NCBI GenBank assembly: GCA_044892525.1
Contig: CM097885.1
Location: 31,000,001-31,064,000 of the forward strand
Length of the DNA: 64,000 bases
Origin: Schmidtea polychroa
Taxonomy: Eukaryota
Direction: 5' to 3'
The notes below the pieces were generated by a model, which worked only from the letters and a program-made list of their open reading frames with translations, was not told where the DNA came from and ran no database searches. The position numbers and the translations under genes are program-made. Below, in pieces: positions 1-11,839 of this stretch (positions within the stretch are counted from its first letter, which is position 1; every line of letters starts with the position of its first letter).

Positions 1-3000
1 GTTATAGACTGCAATTTTTTAAAGCTCCGAAATGCTACGATTGATTCAGATATAAATGTATTCATTTTACAGCTATAATATTCTTTAAAAAAAGCTTTAG
101 ATTGGTCCTCTCAATTACAGCTCATATATGAAAAAAGACTTTGATGAAGTCGACAGTTTATCAAAATCGGAAGTAAACAATACTGATGAGACCATTAAAA
201 GTTTACTTGACCAAAAAAATTATACTGAAGAATTAAATTCTATTCTCCAATTGAAACTGACGAACTTACAGAATAGTTATAATTCAATGGAGAGAGAAGT
301 TGCCAACGGAAAAATAATGTTGGCTGACAGTACGAATCGTCAATTGAATTTAGTGGAAGAATTGAATAAATTGAAAGGAGAAAATAATTATCTCAAAAGT
401 CTTTATGATCATAAAAATAAACTCATGCAAGACGATATTCAAGTTGAAAGAAGCACGTATCAAACATCTCGTCAGGAATTTAATATACTCAATATTGAAC
501 TTGAAAAGAAATTAAAAGAAGAAGTTCAAATCAGATTGGATACCGACAAGTCATTGCAATCGGAAGTGCAACGTCGAACTGACATTGAAATAGGAATGAG
601 TACACTGGAAAAACAAGTTCAAGAAAAACAACAAACTATTTTGAGTCTAAGAAAGCAAATGGAACAGTTAAAAGCAATTAATATTGAATTAAATAAAGAT
701 TTAAAGGTAAGATTGATTGATTTATTTAAATTAAATTATTTCATTTATTATTTTCGGTCAATGGTGAAATTGATTATTTATAAAAATGATATTTTTAGAT
801 AAATAATACATAGAAAACACGATTACGATGAAAATCTTTTTTGATTTATATTTTTGAATTTATTTTATGTTTAATTTAGTTATTTGTAATTCATATACAT
901 TTTCCATGATTAAGGTAAGCATGTAAATTATTAAATTATTGTTAAATTAATCTACTTGATATGTGGAAACTACAAAGTGTAAGAACTATTTTATTTTATA
1001 GAAACAAAAATAGAGGAAATAATGATTTTTTATGTATTTTTGATCAATTGATCTGAAAAAAAAATAAAACTAAAATTGAGGCCAGGTCGAATTTTAGTGA
1101 TATTTTATATTATCAAGTACAATAATCTCAGTTGACAAAGTTATTTTATCATGCAAGAAATGAACAGTGCACAAAATTGGTGGAATTCGGCATAAAAAAT
1201 CGGAAAAATATTTGAATAATTGAAAGTGATGATGTTACAGGAAATGCAACATAGAAATTTGTACAACTATCACATTTGATTACTGGTGAAGATATGTTTA
1301 TTTGGAGGAACTGAGATTAGAAAATTTAACAGTAAATCACAACTAAAACTTCTTGGATCATTGGAGAGCCACGGATACTCAGGGAACAGAAAATAAATGG
1401 AACATGTGTNNNNNNNNNNNNNNNNNNNNNNNNNNNNNNNNNNNNNNNNNNNNNNNNNNNNNNNNNNNNNNNNNNNNNNNNNNNNNNNNNNNNNNNNNNN
1501 NNNNNNNNNNNNNNNNNNNNNNNNNNNNNNNNNNNNNNNNNNNNNNNNNNNNNNNNNNNAAAATAAGTCTTATGATTTGTACACTTATTTATATTAAACA
1601 TAATAAACGTGAAAACAATTGAAATTCAATTTCTACATTATGACAAAATTATAAATATTCCTAAATATATTAAGTTTTTAGAACATTAAATATATAAATA
1701 ATTAATTTGATATTGATATAATAAATTGATATAATAAATGATTTTTTAATAATAGTAATAATTTTATGCAAATGAGGAAGAAGTTCATTAAAATTGAAAA
1801 ATGTAGGTTAAATAAAATCTAATCTCCACCGATTTGAATCCAGTCACATTTTCTCAGCTGTATTATAACTGGTTACATAATTGTGAATAATGTGGCGCTC
1901 AGTTATCTCTGTTTACTTATCTAGTGACATAGCGTAATGAAATAAAATGTTGGTCAAAAGTGAGGGCAACAGGCCGAAAATGTTTAAGAAATGTTATTCC
2001 TGTTTATAAAGATCACGTTGGAAATGATTTATAGCAAGAGTAAGCAAAGTATTTTGTTTAGCTTCATTATTTACCAAGACAAGTAATGTTCGGTTTTTGT
2101 CAGTGTGTACGTACTTCTTGAATTTCAGATATTTATGACCGGATATGTATAATTTAAATAGCATCGACATATTCATTGTCTACAGATGTTCAGATGGAAA
2201 AAAGAATGAATTAATCATAAAATGTAACTCGGACATTTATTACAAAAGGAAGAAAATCTACCGTTTACGTAAACATTTATGTATCAGAATCGAAAATATA
2301 TCATTTGCACAGCGTGAGTACTTACGGGTTAAATTGCAGTTATTTTAGAAATTTGAATAAAGTTAAAATTACAATACTCATAACTACATAACATTTATAT
2401 AGATAAAGCAAATCATGTAATCTTTAATCAGTAAAATACTTTATCCTTTTCACTATTGATATATTAGTATCATTACCAGTTTATATGGATTTCATTTCAG
2501 ACTATGGGTTAATATACTTATATAGATTAATATATAATTAGATCAATATTGATTTATATATTATATATAAATATATTGATTTATAGTCTGAAATGGAGAT
2601 AATGGAAATTTGTAATATTTAATGTTAACCACTTTTTTTAATTGCTTTCTTTGCACACGTTCTTTCATTTTTAAAAAAATTCTTCGATTGATCAATTTGG
2701 ATTCTTTTAGTAGGCATTATGTTTACAACAACCCAAAATAGAATAATCTATAGATGTTATATCAGAATATATAGCTATGACATCAGATCCGTCATTTTGA
2801 CTTATCATCTTCCTTAATGTATGTCGTCCTTGATGAAAGAGAATCCATATTTTCACTTAAACTTGTTCAAAAATCGACTATAGTTAAATTGCTAATAATT
2901 TCCCTATCGAAAACTCCATAAAAATAAATATGTTTCCATCAGAATAAAATGGATTTTCAATGAATTAATTGTTTTCAAGTTGAATATATTTAATATTTTA

Positions 3001-6000
3001 CTAAAAATGCAGCTTTTATTAACAACATTACAAATACATTAAAGCTCCAAAACTTCACTTGCAACCATTATCAATATCTGTTGTGGTGATGTACAATGGA
3101 AATAGTAACTTGGATATAACTTCATTAAAGGAATTTTCAGCTAAATACACTAAATACGAGCCAGGAAATCGGTAATTTGCTTCATATATTTTTGCATCTC
3201 TGCAATTCTTTAATTAAGCATTTGATTGTGAAGATTGTCAAAAAATTGTACAATTTATAAACGGTATTTTCAAGACAGTAATGAATTAAATACCAGATAA
3301 TTGAGTCATGAAATAAACCAACTGGATTTTATAGAATCAATACTAAAGAATAAAGGTACAAGAAATTAATAATAATAGATCCAGCAAAAGTTAAAATCTT
3401 AGTCAAAACTTAATTCGCAAGTAGATGCAATTTATTGAAAGATAGATTTTCTTTCCCAAAAGTATCTTTCGTCAGCAACGATTCGAGAATAAAATTGCTA
3501 ATATTGAAATATGGATGCATATTTTTAGAATATAAATTATTTGATAAATCATTAATAATATTTTGAAACGTTTTTGAAAACAGCCGCTTATGAAATATTT
3601 AGATGATAGAAATCTTTATTTAACTTTCAAAAAAACATTATATAACATACACAAATAATATTAAAACAAGCTTTAAATAAACTTTGTTTAAAGTCTATTT
3701 AATTTTTTTAAAATTAATCAAAAATTCCATTTGATACAGAACCACCCATGGAAGACCACCACAATATCAAATAGGGTTTATTTTCACAACTTTCGCAATT
3801 TCTTCAACCTTTTTTTTCATTCAGTAAACACAAAAGCTTTACATGTGGTATTTCACGCATGGTTTTGATCAGTATCATGTTTTCAGGAAAAACAAACAAT
3901 ATATGAACACAAATCGATGTTGGTGGAGAAATTAGAAGAAAAAACCGCAGGAATGGCGAATATTATTGATCAAATGGATCAAAGGTAAGCGATAAATTTT
4001 ACAGTTCTTGTTCTCAGATTTAGGTCTGAATATAATAAAGCTTTTTAATAATAAATAAAATGGAAAAGAATCAGTAGTGAAATTGGATGTATTTACTGAT
4101 TACTATATCTACTGATTCATAGTCAAGTTTTTTAATAAATATAATGGAAATGGAAAAGAAATCAGTGGTGAAATTTGAAAAAAAGTTCTTATATATATTT
4201 ATGATTTAAAGTCTTCAAGCCTTTTTTAATAAATACAATGGAAAAAAATCAGTGGTGAAATTGGAAAAAAAGTTCTTAAAATAATATATATATTAATAGT
4301 TGTCAAATTAATTTTCCGATATATTAATCGATTTCAAAATTAATAATTGGAAAATTATATTTTTAATAACTTAATTTCAAATAATCTGTCAAATCTCTTT
4401 CGATTAAACCCATCCCGCGAATTGCTTGAGTCAACGCATAACATTCATGAATGTTTCAAACATGATTTGAGTCATTTTTTCTCTGTTAACTTTTGGATTC
4501 AGTGGCACTTATGGCAAAATTCTCAGTTCATTGTAAAATGTATGCCAAATCTTTTCATATTTCAGTTAATGGAATATTCGGAATATTCATGTTCAATGGA
4601 ATATTCGGAATATTCATGTTCAATGGAATATTTTATCGTCAAAATACCTCTCTTAGATTGCAATTCATTACTTAGGTAGCTATAAAAACTGGTTCCAGCC
4701 ATTTGACTAGGAATATATGATTAAGACCTTAAACAAAACTTTGTTAAGTCTCTTTTGGAGTAAGGCGTTGTTCTGGTCTGTGTCTTCAATAAAAATTTAA
4801 CCAAATTAAAAATAATTTGAAAAAAATAATTTTGACTTAACTATCTGAAAACTGGAACACAAGACTTTTAAAAAGATTTTCGAAGAATGGAAATAAAAAT
4901 AAATAAATCATGAAAAACAACTTCATTAAACTCAACAGTAGATAGTATAGTGGACTCCAGTCCAACAGACATCCTCGACTCTCACAAACATTTTTTTGGC
5001 GAATGATACCCCCCCTACTTTTTTGTAATTTTTGGACACCCCCATATAATTTTTTAAATTTTGTTTTAATCATCAATTACGTAATAACTTAGGTTTTTGA
5101 ATAGTTGATTACGCCATTTAGTCATTACGGCAATTATGTTGTTAGTGTTACTTTTGATAGTACACTATTTTTAATATCACACAAATTAGTACACGTTTTA
5201 ATTAAAGAATTAACTAATTTGCAAACCATCTGCAACACATCTGCAAACCACATATGATTCACATACAAAGGTTCCACACACATAAAGGTCAATGATTCAC
5301 ACACACATGTTTGCAATACAAATTCATTAATAAAATGACATGTTAGTCATTACTTTTTTAAATGCAATCAAAGAAGATGTTTTTGGTGAGAAAACATTTT
5401 CTAATTTATTGAAAGAAACAAAGAAACATATTCATGGAAATATATTCATCAACAATCGGAATTCCCGTTTTCATGATGCCTTTGTAGAAATTGAATATAA
5501 AGCTGGGGAAAGCTGGTTTGTAAATATTTCAATACTGGGATATAAAATGGATGAGAAAGATGTCATATCACCGATTTGGAGATTAAATAGTGCTCGAATT
5601 TCTCTGGGATTTTAATAAATGTTTAATTTTAATGTCTTTTATAATAATTTAATAATAGCAGAATGGGTTTTCTTAAGTATAGATGAATAATTTGTATTTT
5701 TTAAACGTTGAAGTGTATGTATGTAAAAGTTGGCCGAAAAAAGGCATAGTTTAAAGTGTTATGGTTGTGAATTTGAAATAAATAATGATGTCATTTTGTA
5801 GAGATTTAAATTCTATTTGTATATTGTTTGAATGAGAATATCTGAAGTTGTTTAAAAAGATGTGTAAATTCAAAAAATTTGATTACAACATCGTCTCGTT
5901 TAATAGAGAATTTAATTTCAAGTATATTAATATAAAAATTTCTTAAAAAATGAAAATTGATGACGTAATCGACGATTTAAACAAAATCTAAACAATTGTG

Positions 6001-9000
6001 TAATCAATGATTAAAAAAAAATAAAAAAATTATACCGGGTGAGTTCAAAAATTTTTAAAAAAGTAAGGGGAGTATCATTTGCCCAAAAAAGTTCCTGTTT
6101 TGCTGTAGTCCACAATACTATCTACTGACAATAAAAATTCTTAATATGGAAATTTATTAGCAAAATTTATGCCAAAATTCATGACACTGACTGTATGTAA
6201 TTAAGTGTATCATAATTAATGCTACTCTTATTCAAAATCAAAGTTTTTTGTGGGAGTGAAGCTATATATAGAATTAATAATTTATTATATAAAATTTATT
6301 AAAATTCAAAAATAACTCATAATATTTCAGAATAAAAAAATTTGTATCAGAGAAATTAATTTCTGACCAGATTATATTGGAATCGAAAACAAAGTTAGAA
6401 GAAAAGGAAAAATTATGGTTATTTTATTATTCTTTCTATGGATTTAATGTATATTATAACGAAATAATTTACAATTATCATACAAAATGTTTTATAATAA
6501 ATAATAAGAATATTAAGAATAAGAATTTAAATAAAATTATAATTATTGAGTATTTCGAATTTTAACAATTTAAAAATTCATATTTAGTAAAATTTTTTGA
6601 AAGTTTAGAAATTAATAAAATTATAAAAATACTATTCCAAATCGAAACTTATGAAAATTGTTTAAATAATGTAAGTTAATTGAGAAACAATTATATAAAA
6701 TTATTTTAGAACTGAATAATTGTGGCTTGTTCAATGAAATTTTTTTATTTGTTATATATCTTGTAAATTCAATATTTGTGATATTTAAAATGAGTTTTAA
6801 ATTTGTCTAAGCATTATTGAATTAAAAAGACAATAATATTATTAGAAATTATTTTGATTTTCACCTCTCATTTCTTTTCATTTTTAATTGACATAATATT
6901 TATTAAAAAATATCGATGTTTTTACTGATTCATAATCAATTTTTTAATAAATATAATTTTAATTAATAATAATAATTATTATTTAACTTATTTAAATTAA
7001 TTAAATTCTATTGAGGAATATTTTAGTTTTATCAAATCTGAACCTTTGGCTTTTATGAATAATTCCGTTTCAACACTTTAGATTGAACAAATTCAATGAA
7101 TTTAATTGAACAAAAAATTACTGATATTTTATATGATGAAATGGTTAATTTTGAGGGTTGGTTTAGAAATATGAGATGATTTGTTGAAAAAGCTTTAGCA
7201 GGATAAGAATTTATCTGATAATTAATTAAAAATAATCAAATATAGTTTTATAAATGGTAATCGTTAAATGGTAAAATTGAACTAAAACTTATTTTTATGT
7301 AAAAATGTGTTGATCAATGAGTTTTTTAAATATATAAATTTTTTGAATCTTTTTCTATGATTTTACTTATATTTATGAATTATTTTTANNNNNNNNNNNN
7401 NNNNNNNNNNNNNNNNNNNNNNNNNNNNNNNNNNNNNNNNNNNNNNNNNNNNNNNNNNNNNNNNNNNNNNNNNNNNNNNNNNNNNNNNNNNNNNNNNNNN
7501 NNNNNNNNNNNNNNNNNNNNNNNNNNNNNNNNNNNNNNNNNNNNNNNNNNNNNNNNNTTACTAATATTATTTATTTCAACGGGCTTAGATTACATTCCTG
7601 CATCTTTTAAAATGTACGTTTTCAATGTATTACTTCAAATCCGATAATACAAACACAAATACACCATTCTTAGCAATCACACTACTTTTTATGCTCACTA
7701 ATATTAATCAAATCCCCTCGAACTCAATTTAAGCATGATTCGAAATCCACTAATAAACAATTAACAATCTTATCATGTATTATTTTAAGATTCTCTCTTA
7801 GTCGCTTTGTTTGTACTCATAAGGAATGCTACCATTGTGAAATACTGCGTGACCCTTAAAATAGTACAAAATAAATATAAAATATTTTCATAAAGTTTTA
7901 TGACAAATATTTTAGGGTATATTTAAAATTTTGAAAAATCCATGTTTTTTTGACTGACATGCTGAAAAATGTCTTGTATATTTCCATTGAATAGCTTTCG
8001 TGTTGCCTTGATAATTTTATCACAGACATAAAAAATTCCAATGTAATTCCTAACCAAGGTTTGAGGAATTATCTACTTTATGATCGTTGCCAAGTAGGAA
8101 ATAACCTTTTTCTCAGGAAGACATTTTAAAGTTCTTTATACACTGTAATTTCTTAAGAAAGATGAATTGTTATTGAAATTTAAATCAAAATTTGAACTGA
8201 TTTAATCCAAATCAAATTTTATAATTTTATAAATTCCTGTTAACAGTTGCCTTAAAGAAGAGGAAATCGACGAGTTGTTTGAGAAAATAAATGGTCTCAT
8301 CAAGGAAATTGACTCATTAAAAACTGAAAATGAAGGATTGGTTGAAAAATTATCCAAAATGAATTTACAATTGAATGTGAGATATTTCTGTCGAGTGTTC
8401 AAGAATCTTTTATTGCTTGCAGTTTGTTGAAAAAGAACTGTCACTTTCAAAGAAACGTATATATGAACAATCGGAAGCATTGGAAGATATGGCTAAATTA
8501 TTAGAAAATAGTAAATTGGAAACTGACGGCTTGCGAGAAATGCAAGCCAGTTTTCAGGAAGCTAGGTGGACGGACGATAAAGATGTTAATCAGTGTATTC
8601 AATGTGCAAAACCATTTAATGTTGGCAGGCGAAAGGTACTGAGATTTTGTTGATTCTTCATAAATTTGCTATATAAATTTAATATTAATTATCAATTTCC
8701 AATATCTTCATTATAAACTATAGATCAATATTTTATATTTTTAAATCATTTTATTGAATGATTATTTAATTTTAAAATAAATGTTGAAAAACAAAATTAA
8801 TTTTATGCCAGCTAAATATTTGCTGGTTGCATTTTGTTTAGTCAGAGGAAGGACTACCTTATGTATCTTTCTAATGTTCCTGCTAATTGCTGGTTTTGTT
8901 TTTGATTTTTGTGTTCATTAAGCTAAATTCAGAAAGCTTTATGTGTTTTCCTCATGTAACTCGAATAACATTTTAAACAAGTGAGTTTATAACCGATATT

Positions 9001-10987
9001 ACTTTCTTTTTCATATTTGTCTTATAATGCATCCTTTTTGCCGTCATATTATTTTAGGATAGGAAAAAAAAATTATAAATTAAATCATGGAGCGTTAATA
9101 GAACTTCTTGGTAAATCTCTTTGACAAAATGCCGCTTTGAGTCGCAGAAATTTAACCGTCGTAGCTCTTTGATGTGTTTCAATTCTACTAGTTTGTGAGG
9201 TCCATGATATCTTGGCGACAGAGATGAATTTTGAACTGAACGGATATAAACCGCTTTACAGTTTAAAAAATCCATAGGAATATGAGGTTTGTTAGTCGTA
9301 GCACTCGCGTGAAGTTGGTTTTGTTTAGGGTTGGAGATTCTGGACTCTGTGACAGATTTCCTTGTATTGCTGTTCATGTTCCTAATAACACTTGAGTTGG
9401 AGCAGTTTTGGTTGTGTCGGAATATCTTTCTCCATCCAAATAATACTAGATGCAGCGTCCTCACTTAATAATACTTTCATATCAATGTCCTCGGCGAGTA
9501 ATACATCTCAATAAATCCATTCGTTTAGGGATGATAGAATGTAGTCCGAATTCGTTATAAACTTTGATAGGTTCCTGAATATATCGGATTAGAACTGGGT
9601 ACCTTGATTTGTGAGAATATGTACTGACACACCATATCTCACAATTCATGCGCTAATAAATGTTTGTGCAACTGAATTTTCAGTAATATCAGCTAGTATA
9701 ACTGACTTCCTATCAATCATGACTTTTTATCAATTATCTTGAATTCTTTTAATCATCTCTCATCGACTTTCTATCTTGACATCCTATCAATTATCTTGCC
9801 TTCTTTCAATCATCTCTATCCTCGATTATCAATCATTTCGACTTCCTATTAATCATCTTGGCTTCTTTCAATCATCTCTCATCGACTATCAATCATCTCG
9901 ACTTTCTATCTCGGTTTCATATCAATTTTCTTGCCTTCTTTCAATCATCTCTCATCGATTATCAATCATTTCGACTTCCGATCAATGATATTGCCTTCTT
10001 TCAATCATCTCTATCGTCGATTATCATTCATCTCGACTTTCTATCAACCATCTTGGCTTCTTTCAGTATTCTCTATAACCGACTATTAATCCTACTGATT
10101 TCCTATCAATCATTTTGACTTCCTATCAATTATCTGGACTTCCTATCAATCATCTTGACTTCTTTCAATCATCTCTATAATCTACTATCAATCATACTGA
10201 TTTCCTGTAAATCATCCGGACTTCTTTCAATCATCTCGACTTCCAATTAATTATCTTGACTTCCTATCAATCATCTTTATCATCGATTATCAATCATCTC
10301 GACTTTCTATCTTGACTTTTTATAAATTATCTTTGTACTTTAAGAAGATTTTCTCTGTCATGGTTCCTTTCGGTCAAAGAGGTGATATGTCAGTTTTCTT
10401 CGGTCATATTATTAAATTTGACTTTAGAGTTGTTTCAATTCCTTTAGGCAGCATTTCTACATCTCCTTCAAAGCTTACAGAGATACATTATTATGCTTGG
10501 GTTTCTGGGTGCACTTTGCAGTGTCTGCACATGATATTCCTATTTTTCTTTAGAAATTGAAGTAAAAAAAGAATTACCGAGAGAGTAGACAAATAGTGAT
10601 ATAATAGAATATTATTGCTATAACAACCATAATCTACATTGATTATGTTATATTATATGTTCATGAGATATTTAATTAATATTTCTTCTAATATTTCTGA
10701 ATTTGTGTTAAATATAAACCGAAATATTGATCAATTTGATCTAATTGAGAAATTTTGAAATTTTTATTGATTATTAAATTTCAATTTAAATTGAATCGAT
10801 TGAGAAATGTTATTGAATTAAGCACCATTGCCGGAGGTGCGGAGGGGTATTTTGTCATGAATGCTCCAGTAATCGAATGTCGCTAGCGAGCTCATCGAAA
10901 CCGATGCGAGTTTGCGATACTTGCCATAATACACTGTTGAAAAATTATACGTCAATGACCTCGAGGAGTGACAGCGATGCCTCGTGA
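1..10987 (+). CDS. RUFY2: RUN and FYVE domain-containing protein (RUFY1/2-like), 5'-truncated; exons <1-57, 101-706, 3887-3984, 8247-8376, 8423-8635, 10823-10987
   Basis: All junctions are GT..AG with consistent phases (0,0,2,0,0). The translation gives [19 protein letters not shown]|[13 protein letters not shown] (cf. RUFY '[27 protein letters not shown]'), a coiled coil [35 protein letters not shown], and an intact FYVE: [18 protein letters not shown]|[24 protein letters not shown], with stop TGA at 10985-10987. Exons 3887-3984 and 10823-10987 are absent from the ORF track. The paralog number is not resolvable. Confidence 0.92.
4040..4285 (+). repeat. Three tandem copies of a dispersed AT-rich repeat (..CTGATTCATAGTCAAGCTTTTTAATAAATACAATG..GAAAAGAAATCAGTGGTGAAATTTGAAAAAAAGTTC..)
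   Basis: Three adjacent diverged copies. Related pieces occur at about 6915-6960 (+), 13215-13300 (-), 13950-14030 (+) and 26030-26280. Confidence 0.75.
4568..4632. repeat. 27-bp tandem repeat (AATGGAATATTCGGAATATTCATGTTC x2.4)
   Basis: Directly visible exact duplication. It explains the repeated peptides in ORFs 4347..4679 and 4493..4675. Confidence 0.95.
4936..6127. mobile_element. Non-autonomous DNA element with long (~170 bp) imperfect terminal inverted repeats, superfamily unassigned
   Basis: The left end CAGTAGATAGTATAGTGGACT..TTTTTGGCGAATGATACCCCCCTACTTTTTT matches the reverse complement of the right end AAAAAAGTAAGGGGAGTATCATTTGCCCAAAAAA..AGTCCACAATACTATCTACTG. There is no clear TSD. 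Confidence 0.8.
9150..9702 (-). pseudogene. Ty3/Gypsy integrase remnant
   Basis: The minus-strand translation gives [85 protein letters not shown]. This is the rve core plus GPY/F-like tail, with stops and frameshifts. Confidence 0.88.
9703..10315. repeat. Degenerate minisatellite of ~17-23-bp related subunits (GACTTCCTATCAATCATCTT-like) with ~60-bp higher-order period
   Basis: About 30 related subunits are visible. They recur as a triplet GACTTCCTATCAATTATCTT / GCCTTCTTTCAATCATCTCTCAT / CGATTATCAATCATTTC. Confidence 0.93.
10330..10535 (-). pseudogene. Possible RLE-type (R2/R4/CRE-like) non-LTR retrotransposon remnant: zinc knuckle and endonuclease region
   Basis: [13 protein letters not shown] resembles the CxxC..ET..H....C knuckle. 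It is followed by [19 protein letters not shown], resembling 'IIDI..P....EK..KY.DL'. Multiple stops are present. Confidence 0.4.
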
Positions 10988-11544
10988 AACATATGGACAG
11001 AACTTTCTGTATAATTTAGTGTGATTATTACTTTTTTGCATAAAGTTTTGTGATTTGTGATTTTCTTGAGATTTCATTGAGTAATATTGTTAAATTAACT
11101 TTCCCTGCTGGTAGCTGATCGATATTTTGTGTACATATACTGTGTGGCCAATTACACTTTTAATAAGTGGGATTCAAGCGTATTTTACCCAACTCTCTGT
11201 GGATATGAAGGAGAATCTTTCGCATTCATTTTCAATATTTTGCAAATCATTTCCAGCCTTTAATTATTCACATTATTCTCTGTTTTTATTGAGTTTTACG
11301 GAAATTTCTAATAAATCTTTGTATTTGGTGATTATTTATAAATAATTAGCAGCCTGAGGACGATATTAATGTTGAGGTTTTGTAAAATTGACATTGAAAT
11401 ACAGGAGTTGTTAGCAAAGCATTTGAAATTTAACAAAAGATTGCAACAAAAAGAGAAAAAAAAACTAATTTAAAATCAGTCGGAAGTCTCTATACAAAGT
11501 TATTCATAAAATACAAACTAATTAATTAAATCCAAAAAAATGAA

Positions 11545-11839
11545 ATTTCTCCAGTTGTTATGAGTCAGTAATCCAAATTGTTGGTAACTAGTGAGAGGAG
11601 AACCCCATTATGCGAGAAGTTAAGGAATTCTAAAATAAAGTAAAGTAAATTAAAGTAACCAACTCTGGGTTCCTAGCTATAAGATTTATTTGAACATCGG
11701 CATATTTGATATTAGCTTCTTGCAATGATTTCTTTATTTTCAAGCAATAGGGACATGTAGTTTTGCTGAAGATAACCAAAACTGGCGAAACGATAATCTC
11801 ATTAATCCATTCTTCCAACGGCGTATGAATAGGTGGCAT
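11545..11839 (-). pseudogene. Truncated glutaredoxin-domain gene resembling the N-terminus of thioredoxin-glutathione reductase (TGR)
   Basis: Exon 11660-11839 reads MPPIHTPLEEWINEIIVSPVLVIFSKTTCPYCLKIKKSLQEANIKYA, with a dithiol CPYC. A 30-nt GT-AG intron (11630-11659) follows, then an out-of-frame segment FLNFSHNGVLLSLVTNNLDY*LITTG resembling the TGR linker and DYDLIVIG. The TVP/GG Grx motifs and the reductase body are missing. Confidence 0.75.

Noticed and set aside
1994-3520. Coding-looking antisense patches in a RUFY intron (FLYWCH-like [13 protein letters not shown]; hydrophobic [18 protein letters not shown])
   Set aside because: There are frequent stops, no complete motif and no consistent splice model.
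9776-10118. ORFs with repeated [11 protein letters not shown] peptides
   Set aside because: These are translation artefacts of the minisatellite.
11200-11420. Minus-strand ..TSTLISSSGC-TAA about 200 nt downstream of the TGR-like fragment, resembling a TGR GCUG tail, and an ATGA..GA SECIS-like candidate
   Set aside because: The codon after Cys is TAA rather than TGA-Gly, upstream residues do not match the HPT.SE motif, and the putative SECIS helix II is only about 6 bp. It is likely chance.
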